From the NCBI GenBank assembly GCA_048885535.1, contig JBHLLO010000010.1, positions 1 to 64,000 on the forward strand: a stretch of 64,000 nt of DNA, given 5' to 3'. Source of the stretch: Candidatus Hermodarchaeota archaeon. GTDB lineage: Archaea; Asgardarchaeota; Lokiarchaeia; Sigyniarchaeales; SOKP01. The notes under the pieces were generated by a model. That model did not search any database and had not been told where the DNA came from. It saw only the letters and a list, made by a program, of their open reading frames with translations. Made by a program: the position numbers and the translations under genes. Position 1 is the first letter of the stretch. Each line of letters starts with the position of its first letter. Shown here one piece after another: positions 40,103 to 48,462 of this stretch.

Positions 40103-41596
40103 ATGACCCAAGAATTAGAAAAAGAATTATCTAAGGTTATTAAAAAGGAACGAGTTCAAGGAAAATTGATTAAGTATATGACAAAATGGGGTAAGCCTCT
40201 TCTCTACATTTTACCAATCATACTTGTTATTATGGCATTATTAACATTACTAAGATATGCTATTTTAGATTTTACACTACAAGTAATTTTTATTATTATA
40301 TTAGGGATTTATGGAATTAACTCTATAATTTTAATTTTGGGGGCTCAAAAAACAAATAAATCGTTAAAAGTACGATTAAACTTTGAAAGAAGAAGAGGAA
40401 GACCCATAGATAGCTTAGACGGCTTTGATATACTGTTTAGCAGAGTGAAAAGAGTAACTAATCTATTGAAATCAATTGGACTTATTTGTATTGTTGCTTT
40501 AATATTGTTTTCTATTATGATTTTTGTACCGAGTTTTCTTGATATAGGATATGCCGCAGTAGGTTTTGCGCTTATTGGTTTTGGTTTGGCATTATTAATT
40601 CGTAGTTTGAATTTAAATATCCATAATGTTAATGGACTTCAAGACTTTTATATCCCCACCACCCATCAAATTTTTCTTGATAATCTTTTTTCGGAAATTT
40701 TCGCAAATCATTTAGATCCAGTCACTTTTTTAAAATGGGATGAATATTTAGCGGGAATTAATAAAATCCTTAATCCTACGTTTGTAGAGAAAGTTAAGGA
40801 GCAAGAAGCAGAAGAACTTCCAGTAACATTTGCTGTTGAATCATTATTATTTCTTTACTATTTGCGATATCAAGAAGTACTTACAAATGAGCAATTCATT
40901 CGAGAATTAAAGGAAATTATAAATGTAGATTCCTTTGATTATGATATAGAAAAAGGCTTATTAATAGAAGGCTCTTGGTACTTTTCTACTGAAGATATTT
41001 ATAGGTTATTTAATTATATACGAAAATTTAATCCGGGCTTTTTTAACATTATTGATAGGTTACAACTTGAATTAATTGATAATATTGAAAGAGTAGCTAA
41101 GGATCCAATTTATATGGATTCAGCAGCTCAAGAGGTGGTTTACTTAAATGCAGAATTAAATATAATGATCTTTCTTTACAATAACTCTATTGCTAGTAAA
41201 AAATATAAAATTAAAGTAGTTGCTCCCGGATTTGATCCTGATGAACTTATACTAAATATTGAGGTTGAAGGTAGGGGATCTTTTACCATTCCTGATAAAC
41301 CAATTCCATTAATATCTTCTGGAGCCATGGACATTGCTAATGTGTTATCTACAATGCTAGAGAATGCAGATACAACTTGGCTAACTTTAGAACCCCGAGA
41401 AACGGGAGAACAAACAATTCAAGTATTTCTAATGGCAGAAGACGGAACAATCATTGAAGGCAAAACGAGAGCTGTTAAAGTAACAAAAAATTTAAAAGCC
41501 TACTTAAAAAAGTTTTCTTCCATTGGTTCCTTACTAGGTGGTCTTGCTGTTCCTTTAGCAAAAATTCTTCCAGCTCTATTAGGAGTAGGTTTTTGA
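40103..41596 (+). CDS. Membrane protein with large soluble region and beta-rich C-terminal domain
   Basis: Four N-terminal TM segments and a hydrophobic C-terminal tail; SD-like AGGTG upstream. Confidence 0.75.
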   Translation: MTQELEKELSKVIKKERVQGKLIKYMTKWGKPLLYILPIILVIMALLTLLRYAILDFTLQVIFIIILGIYGINSIILILGAQKTNKSLKVRLNFERRRGRPIDSLDGFDILFSRVKRVTNLLKSIGLICIVALILFSIMIFVPSFLDIGYAAVGFALIGFGLALLIRSLNLNIHNVNGLQDFYIPTTHQIFLDNLFSEIFANHLDPVTFLKWDEYLAGINKILNPTFVEKVKEQEAEELPVTFAVESLLFLYYLRYQEVLTNEQFIRELKEIINVDSFDYDIEKGLLIEGSWYFSTEDIYRLFNYIRKFNPGFFNIIDRLQLELIDNIERVAKDPIYMDSAAQEVVYLNAELNIMIFLYNNSIASKKYKIKVVAPGFDPDELILNIEVEGRGSFTIPDKPIPLISSGAMDIANVLSTMLENADTTWLTLEPRETGEQTIQVFLMAEDGTIIEGKTRAVKVTKNLKAYLKKFSSIGSLLGGLAVPLAKILPALLGVGF

Positions 41597-41874
41597 TCTA
41601 TTCTCTATTTATCTTTCTTTATTTTCTTCTTATTCTATACGTAAGTGAATAGTTATTTGAAAATAAGAATTAATATGATCTTATTTAAGCTAGTATCCTA
41701 TCTTTTATAAAAATCAATTTTGAAAAATTAGTCATTTTAATGAATAATCTTGTCAATTATATTTTCAATTTTAATAATTAACTTAAAATTCAGTTCTTAA
41801 TTTTTTTTCACATTGAAAAATGAATTAAATAAATTTGGAAAAAGTTAAAATTTTAACTGAGATGATATAATAGA

Positions 41875-42546
41875 ATGGTTGTTATTACTACCCAAAAACC
41901 AGATGAAGAGGTACTCGAAGCTTTAGAGAATTATGGTGTCAAGAAGCTTACTATTATTTCTTGTGGGACTTGTTCTGCACTTTGTCAAACAGGTGGGACA
42001 GAAAAAGCTTCGGAATGGCAGCAAAAGTTACAGGAAAAGGGTTATGAAATCGTGGCAGTTATAGTATCAGAAGATGTATGTGATAATAGGGTTATGAAAA
42101 AGGATTTACGTAAAATCGATGAAGAAGTAGATGCATCTGATGCTATTTTAACTCTAAGTTGTGGGCTTGGAGTCCAATCAATCGTAGAGGTTCTTCAGAA
42201 AAAACATCCAGAAAAACCAGTTCTTATTTCAAATAATACAAAGTTTATTGGAATGACTGAAAGAATTGGTAGATTCTATATGAGATGTCGAGCGTGTGGA
42301 GATTGCTACTTAAACTATTCTGGGGGTATTTGTCCAATTGCAACTTGTGCTAAAGGCTTAATGAATGGTCCATGTGGAGGTATGGTCGATGGGAAATGTG
42401 AAGTTGGTAATTATCAAAGAGATTGTGGTTGGATTCTAATTTTTAATCGTTTGAAGGCAATTGGCAGACTAGATTTATTTAGCCAACTACATGATGCTCG
42501 TGATTGGTCGGAATCTGGTCACCAACAAGAAGTTATATTCAGGTAA
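41875..42546 (+). CDS. metV: MetV (copy 2)
   Basis: CGTCSALCQTGG, LSCGLGVQ, CRACGDC, CPIATCAKGLMNGPCGG. Confidence 0.9.
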   Translation: MVVITTQKPDEEVLEALENYGVKKLTIISCGTCSALCQTGGTEKASEWQQKLQEKGYEIVAVIVSEDVCDNRVMKKDLRKIDEEVDASDAILTLSCGLGVQSIVEVLQKKHPEKPVLISNNTKFIGMTERIGRFYMRCRACGDCYLNYSGGICPIATCAKGLMNGPCGGMVDGKCEVGNYQRDCGWILIFNRLKAIGRLDLFSQLHDARDWSESGHQQEVIFR

Positions 42547-42558
42547 AGGTGAAAGAAT

Positions 42559-43497
42559 ATGATAGAACATAACACTTATTCAAAATTAGGAGAAGCTCTT
42601 ACAAAAGGAGATTTTATATTAACAGGTGAATTAGAACCCGAGAAAACATGCGATCTTTCTCATACAATACAGGAAGCAAAAGCTATGGCACCTTATGTTA
42701 TTGCAGCAAATGTAACAGACAGTCCACTTGGTATAGTGACCATCAATAGTATGGCTGCTTCACATATTATTCAAAAAGAAGCGGATGTGGAAGTAATTTG
42801 GCAATTAACCGTAAGAGATGTCAATAAACTCGGAATTGCTGGCATGGTTATGGGAGGATATGCCTTAGGACTAAGGAATATTCTTTCATTAACTGGAGAC
42901 CATCCAGCATTGGGTGATATGCCTGAAACTAAACCAGTTTTTGATTTAGATTCTGCAACCTTGGTAAAATTAGTTAGAGAGATGGTTGATACAGGAAAAA
43001 TCAACGGTCATGAAATTGAATCTGCTCCAAAACTTCATATTGGTGCTGCTGCTAACCCAAATGCCGAACCAATGGAAGCAGAAGTATTAAAGATAGGGCG
43101 TAAAGCAAAAGCTGGAGCTGAATTTTTACAAACTCAGGTAGTATATGATTTAGATCGTACTATTGAATTCTTAACTGCAATTAGGAGATATGGTGTCCCC
43201 ATTCTATTGGGAATATTTCCTATGAAAAGTTATGCAATTGCTAAGGGATTCGATACATTTGTACCAGGTGTTTCTGTACCTAAAGACATCCTTTCGAAGT
43301 GGAAGTCAATTAAAACTAATTATTCTACTGATAAGAAAATGCAAAAAGAGGCTTATGATCACGCTAATTATGAATTTTTTAAACCGTTTATTACTGAACT
43401 TAGGAAAAAAAAGCTATTAGACGGAATTCATTGTATGGCAGTTCATTACCCCCGTATTTTCCCAAAACTAGAGGAAGTTATAAGAAGTACAAATTAA
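42559..43497 (+). CDS. metF: MetF (copy 2)
   Basis: TGELEP, ANVTDSP, QLTVRD, LTGDHP, AGAEFLQTQ. Confidence 0.92.
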   Translation: MIEHNTYSKLGEALTKGDFILTGELEPEKTCDLSHTIQEAKAMAPYVIAANVTDSPLGIVTINSMAASHIIQKEADVEVIWQLTVRDVNKLGIAGMVMGGYALGLRNILSLTGDHPALGDMPETKPVFDLDSATLVKLVREMVDTGKINGHEIESAPKLHIGAAANPNAEPMEAEVLKIGRKAKAGAEFLQTQVVYDLDRTIEFLTAIRRYGVPILLGIFPMKSYAIAKGFDTFVPGVSVPKDILSKWKSIKTNYSTDKKMQKEAYDHANYEFFKPFITELRKKKLLDGIHCMAVHYPRIFPKLEEVIRSTN

Positions 43498-43558
43498 ATA
43501 ACCCTTTTTATTCTTTTGGAAATTATTTAGCTAAATTAAAAACTTATTTAAAGATAAT

Positions 43559-43576
43559 AAAAAAAAAAAAAAAAAA
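43559..43576 (-). terminator. T18 tract after the DppB-like gene
   Basis: 18-nt A run on + (T on -) just past the stop codon at 43584. Confidence 0.6.
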
Positions 43577-43583
43577 CTTACTT

Positions 43584-44603
43584 TTAGTATCTAATCCGCG
43601 GATCTAACATTCCATATATTAAATCTGTTATTAAATTGATAGTAACAAAGATTATTGAGAAGAAGAATACCAATCCATTAAGTACCCAATAGTCTGAATT
43701 ACGGATTGACTGAACAAGTAATTGACCGATTCCATATAATCCAAAGGTTGTCTCTGTAAGAACGGCACCTGATAAAAGTCCAGCAAAGCTTAATCCTATT
43801 ACGGTAACAGTTGGAATCATCGCATTTTTTCTGGCATGGGTATTAATCACGTCTCTTTCTTTACACCCTTTTGCTCTAGCTGTCCTTACATAATCTTGTT
43901 CTAGTACTTCTAGCATGCTGGAACGTGTCTGTCTCACGATCCCTGCTAATGAAATAAACGATAAACAGAACACTGGTAATATTAAGTGGTATAAATAATC
44001 TGTTATCATATATATCTCTTGAGAAATTAAGGCATCTATCCATCTGAAACCAGTAACAAAAGGAGGATCAGCATAACTATAAGTCTTAAATCCTGTCGTT
44101 GGAAAAATAGGAAAAATATAGCCTACAACATATTGTAAAAGCATTCCAAGAAAGAATACTGGAACAGCAACTCCAATTAGGGATATCCCTCTAAAAATAG
44201 TATCCTTTGCTTTATTTCTATGTTTCGCAGAAATAACACCGGTCTTTATACCGATAAAAGCGGCAATGATTATTGACAATACTGAAATATCAACAGTTCT
44301 AGGTAAATTAACCATAATTAAATCCCATACATGCATGCCTCGAGCAATAGAAATAGAAATTCCCCAATCTCCAGTGAATAAATTTCCAAGATATCGAAAA
44401 TATTGCTCATAAAGGGGCCTGTCTAATCCCAATTGACGAAATATTTGTCTATAAAGATCAGGATCTACATGACCCGGTGGTAAATACGCTAATACTGGAT
44501 CCCCTGGCATATATCGTGATAATACAAAAGTTAAGGTTAGTACCCCGAAAAGTACAGGAATCATTGCTAGCAGCCTTCTGATGATATATTTTATTATACT
44601 CAT
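43584..44603 (-). CDS. Peptide/nickel ABC transporter permease, DppB/OppB type
   Basis: PGDP, LGLDRP, GDWG, QDYVRTARAKG, ETTF, LDPRIRY; ATG at 44603 preferred. Confidence 0.93.
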   Translation of the reverse strand: MSIIKYIIRRLLAMIPVLFGVLTLTFVLSRYMPGDPVLAYLPPGHVDPDLYRQIFRQLGLDRPLYEQYFRYLGNLFTGDWGISISIARGMHVWDLIMVNLPRTVDISVLSIIIAAFIGIKTGVISAKHRNKAKDTIFRGISLIGVAVPVFFLGMLLQYVVGYIFPIFPTTGFKTYSYADPPFVTGFRWIDALISQEIYMITDYLYHLILPVFCLSFISLAGIVRQTRSSMLEVLEQDYVRTARAKGCKERDVINTHARKNAMIPTVTVIGLSFAGLLSGAVLTETTFGLYGIGQLLVQSIRNSDYWVLNGLVFFFSIIFVTINLITDLIYGMLDPRIRY

Positions 44604-44622
44604 TCTTAAAAACCTCATTAAA

Positions 44623-45636
44623 TTATAGATTTTTTAAGCGAGGATCCAATGCATCTCTTAATCCATCTCCTAATAACATAAATCCTAATACAGCTATTAA
44701 GATCATGAAACCAGGACCCATTGAAGCCCAAGGAGAGATATATAGGAATTGTCGAGCATCAGAAATTTCATTTCCCCAATCTATCATTCTAGGGTCACTA
44801 AATCCTAAAAATGAAAGTCCAGCTAACGCTAATACAATACCACCAATATTGAACGTTACTGCTATGATAATTGGTTGAATGACATTAGGCAAAATATGTC
44901 TAAACATTATTCTCCAATTTCCTGCTCCTGATACTCTAGCAGCTTGTATATACGGTAATTCTCGCGCTTGTAGTACTGATCCTCTTATTAATCGAGCATA
45001 AAACGGTACTCCAAGAATACCCCACGCAAGCATAATATTTTCAATACGAGTTCCAAGGATTGCGACAAAAACTAATGCTAGGATTAAACCTGGAAACGCA
45101 AGGAGCACATCAGCGATTCTCATGATGACTGAGTCAACCCATCCACCGAAAAAGGCAGCAATCACTCCAAAAAAAACTCCAACAATTACACTGAACCCAA
45201 TAGCAGGAAGTGCTACTGTTAGAGAGGATCTTGCTCCAAAAATCATTCTTGCGAGCACATCACGTCCAAAGATTGTTTGGCCTAGAGGATGGTCTGGGGA
45301 GGGTGCTGCCCAAGCCCCTGGATAAACACCATTGGCTTGTTCAATTGTAAAAGTCGAAATCCAATGGGGAAACACAGCTAAAGTGACGATTAGAAAAACT
45401 ATAACTATTCCTACTATAGTTAATGTTGCTTTAAATCTTCGAATGAATTTTCTTCTGCTCACTGTCTGTTCATATTCAAATTCTCTTTGACTTAATTCTT
45501 CAACAGTTGAGCCGGGAATTAGAAGAAATTTAACATTTCTTAAAATCCACTTAAGAACACTTTTAGATACCGAAGGTTTTTCAGGAACGACTTCAAAATC
45601 GCCTTCTATTAGTTCATACTCAGATTTTTTACTCAT
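44623..45636 (-). CDS. Peptide ABC transporter permease, DppC/OppC type (copy A)
   Basis: HPLGQT..GRDVL, YIQAARVSGA, HILPN, LSFLG, GDGLRDALDP. Confidence 0.93.
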   Translation of the reverse strand: MSKKSEYELIEGDFEVVPEKPSVSKSVLKWILRNVKFLLIPGSTVEELSQREFEYEQTVSRRKFIRRFKATLTIVGIVIVFLIVTLAVFPHWISTFTIEQANGVYPGAWAAPSPDHPLGQTIFGRDVLARMIFGARSSLTVALPAIGFSVIVGVFFGVIAAFFGGWVDSVIMRIADVLLAFPGLILALVFVAILGTRIENIMLAWGILGVPFYARLIRGSVLQARELPYIQAARVSGAGNWRIMFRHILPNVIQPIIIAVTFNIGGIVLALAGLSFLGFSDPRMIDWGNEISDARQFLYISPWASMGPGFMILIAVLGFMLLGDGLRDALDPRLKNL

Positions 45637-45680
45637 ATACTTCACTCTCTAAAGTCATTATCTTTTAAATCCTCAGCACC

Positions 45681-45707
45681 TGATCCTTTATTAATTATAC
45701 TACAATG
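45681..45707 (-). promoter_or_regulatory. Conserved 27-bp upstream element (copy A)
   Basis: TGATCCTTTATTAATTATACTACAATG, identical to 46928..46954 while the flanks diverge. Confidence 0.6.
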
Positions 45708-45868
45708 ACTATGTATTGAAATCCACTCATTAGTGAATGTAGAATGAAAAACTTCTTTCTTTAGTTAAATTCTAAATTCATTTTTATGAACTAAAGATTA
45801 TTAAGTAAATTTAGAGTTCTAATATTGAAAATTAAAAAGATTAAAAAAATAATAAATAAAAATTCAAA

Positions 45869-46882
45869 TTATAGGTTTTTTAACCGAGGATCCAACGCAT
45901 CTCTGAGTCCATCCCCTAATAACATAAATCCTAATACAGCCAATAATATCATAAACCCGGGTCCCATTGAAGCCCACGGGGATATGTATAGGAATTCTCG
46001 GGCTTCAGAAATTTCATTTCCCCAATCTATCATTCTAGGGTCGCTAAATCCTAAAAATGAAAGTCCCGCTAAACTTAATACAATACCTCCGATGTTAAAA
46101 GTAACAGAAATTATTACAGGTTGGATTACATTTGGTAGAATATGTCTAAACATTATTCTCCAATTTCCTGCTCCTGATACTCTAGCAGCTTGTATATACG
46201 GTAATTCTCGCGCTTGTAGTACTGATCCTCTTATTAATCGAGCATAAAACGGTACTCCAAGAATACCCCACGCAAGCATAATATTTTCAATACGAGTTCC
46301 AAGGATTGCGACAAAAACTAATGCTAGGATTAAACCTGGAAACGCAAGGAGCACATCAGCGATTCTCATGATGACTGAGTCAACCCATCCACCGAAAAAG
46401 GCAGCAATCACTCCAAAAAAGACTCCAACAATTACACTGAACCCAATAGCAGGAAGCGCTACTGTCAACGAAGTTCTTGCGCCATAAATCATTCTAGCTA
46501 GTACATCACGTCCAAATTTAGTTTGTCCTAGAGGATGGTTTGGTGAGGGTGCTGCCCAAGCCCCTGGATATACAGCATTGGCTTGTTCAACCGTAAAAGT
46601 CGAAATCCAATGGGGAAACACAGCTAAAGTGACGATTAGAAAAACTATAACTATTCCTATTATAGTTAATGTAGATTTAAATCTTCGAATGAATTTTCTT
46701 CTGCTCACCGTCTGTTCATATGCAAATTCTCTTTGACTTAGTTCTTCAACAGTTGAGCCGGGAATTAGAAGAAATTTAACATTTCTTACGACCCACCTTA
46801 GAACACTTTTGGACGCAGAAGGTTTTTTAGTAACGACTTCAAATTCGCCTTCTATTAGTTCATACTCGGATTCTTCACTCAT
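45869..46882 (-). CDS. Peptide ABC transporter permease, DppC/OppC type (copy B)
   Basis: Near-identical paralog of 44623..45636 at an offset of 1246 bp. Confidence 0.93.
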   Translation of the reverse strand: MSEESEYELIEGEFEVVTKKPSASKSVLRWVVRNVKFLLIPGSTVEELSQREFAYEQTVSRRKFIRRFKSTLTIIGIVIVFLIVTLAVFPHWISTFTVEQANAVYPGAWAAPSPNHPLGQTKFGRDVLARMIYGARTSLTVALPAIGFSVIVGVFFGVIAAFFGGWVDSVIMRIADVLLAFPGLILALVFVAILGTRIENIMLAWGILGVPFYARLIRGSVLQARELPYIQAARVSGAGNWRIMFRHILPNVIQPVIISVTFNIGGIVLSLAGLSFLGFSDPRMIDWGNEISEAREFLYISPWASMGPGFMILLAVLGFMLLGDGLRDALDPRLKNL

Positions 46883-46927
46883 TTACCTCACTCTTTAAAA
46901 TATTTCTTTTATTAAATTCCTAGGACT

Positions 46928-46954
46928 TGATCCTTTATTAATTATACTACAATG
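46928..46954 (-). promoter_or_regulatory. Conserved 27-bp upstream element (copy B)
   Basis: Identical to 45681..45707 and at a similar distance from the start codon. Confidence 0.6.
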
Positions 46955-46997
46955 TATAGTTAATATTAAATTATTCTATTAATAAATATTTTTGAAT

Positions 46998-48188
46998 TTA
47001 TAACCATTCAACTGTAGAAGAACATCCAAGTCCTTCTTTATCTTCAATTCTACCATGAACTATAAATGTATCACCTTCATATCTACATTCGGGGCATTCA
47101 TTTTTTGAAACTAATTCTACCAAATCATCAACTACTATAGCATGATTTACTGATGCTGCTACTCCAAACGGTGTTAGAACTTCAAGTAAGCCTTTATCAC
47201 CAATCTTATCAAGAGGATCAAATGTGTTTAAATCCCTGATTATAAGTCTAGCTTGAGAAGGACAATGAAATACAAAGTCTTGATGCTTATCTGACCAATG
47301 ACTCCCGAAAATGATTGGAGTTTCAGTAAAACCATACATGTCCCTAACCTTATCAGTAGTAGCCCCTAATGCCTCAAAACAATCTGTCACAAATTTTATT
47401 TTGTCTATTGGAGGATATTTCAATTGAGATTTATGACCACTCCATCCTCCTCCACCCGTAGTTATATAACAATTGGGCAAATCAAAATTTATATCTGCTT
47501 CTTTCAAGAACTTATTCATAAACGTGTTTAATAATTGGAGACTTCCTCCAATTGAAATATTTTTTTGTTTATCAAGGGGTTTACTCGAATTCTTGTTGAT
47601 TGTCTTTATTACATATTTAGAATTAATTCCAAAAGCACCTACTAAACTACGTCTCTTGATTATCTCTTTAAATGCTTTGAGGATAAAGAATTTAATCAAA
47701 TATTTTGGTTTTGTTATTTTAGTAGTAATTTCGTTTAAAGTGCTAGTATATAAACTTACTGGCCTTATATCAGTGTATCTCATTGCAATCCGATTTAAAA
47801 ATGTAACACTAGGAGCAAAATTCATTGAAATTGTCTTGTATTGATTATGTTCCTCCATTGGTATTGGGATGAACTCATAAATACATTTTATAGTCATGCT
47901 GGCTAAGAACTCAATATCATCTAGAGATCGCCCTACTAGGGAGGGGTCTCCAGTTGTACAAGAAGAAACATTCCAAGTTTTAAACTCAGGAGAATTTATT
48001 GGGATTTTCAATAATTTCTCAAATTTTTGGGCCGATTCCTTGAAAAAAACTGCAGGTATATGAGGGATTATTGTTAAATCATCTAATTTATTCACGTTGT
48101 CTAAATTAAAGTTTGCTTTTTTTACTAATTCCTTATAAAATGAATTAGATTCAATGGCTTCACTAGTAATGTTTCTCATCAAATCCAA
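46998..48188 (-). CDS. LuxE-like acyl-protein synthetase
   Basis: SSCTTGDPS, TGGGGW, RDMYGFTE, IIRD, GLLEVLTP, VVDDL, GRI..GCS; start uncertain. Confidence 0.8.
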   Translation of the reverse strand: MDLMRNITSEAIESNSFYKELVKKANFNLDNVNKLDDLTIIPHIPAVFFKESAQKFEKLLKIPINSPEFKTWNVSSCTTGDPSLVGRSLDDIEFLASMTIKCIYEFIPIPMEEHNQYKTISMNFAPSVTFLNRIAMRYTDIRPVSLYTSTLNEITTKITKPKYLIKFFILKAFKEIIKRRSLVGAFGINSKYVIKTINKNSSKPLDKQKNISIGGSLQLLNTFMNKFLKEADINFDLPNCYITTGGGGWSGHKSQLKYPPIDKIKFVTDCFEALGATTDKVRDMYGFTETPIIFGSHWSDKHQDFVFHCPSQARLIIRDLNTFDPLDKIGDKGLLEVLTPFGVAASVNHAIVVDDLVELVSKNECPECRYEGDTFIVHGRIEDKEGLGCSSTVEWL

Positions 48189-48462
48189 AAATTCTTTATC
48201 CTGGTAATCTGTATTAACAATATGTCTTATTTTTTCATCGGGTACGATTTCGCTTGAGATGGTTATTAATAAACACCTTTCTAATTTTTTTTTACTATTA
48301 ATATTAAAGAGTCCTCTAATTATATAAATTGCTATCTCTTAGACCTCCTCATTATAGCACTTTAATATTTTAATTTTAAACCAATATAATCCAATATATT
48401 TACCTCTTTTCCTTTAGAACATTAATAAAAAGTTTAAATGTGATATAATAAAAATTGAATGT

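Larger units (their letters stand above)
44623..46954. repeat. Tandem duplication of DppC gene plus upstream region
   Basis: Collinear copies; 44893..45174 identical to 46139..46420; upstream 27-mer identical. Confidence 0.92.

Noticed and set aside
45758-45818. Two overlapping AT-rich inverted repeats between the DppC copies
   Set aside because: Short and low-complexity, plausible by chance, and absent upstream of the other copy
45825-46247. 140-aa plus-strand ORF and other short antisense ORFs (e.g. 47473..47844, 57139..57453, 9858..10133)
   Set aside because: They overlap well-supported genes on the opposite strand and carry no motifs
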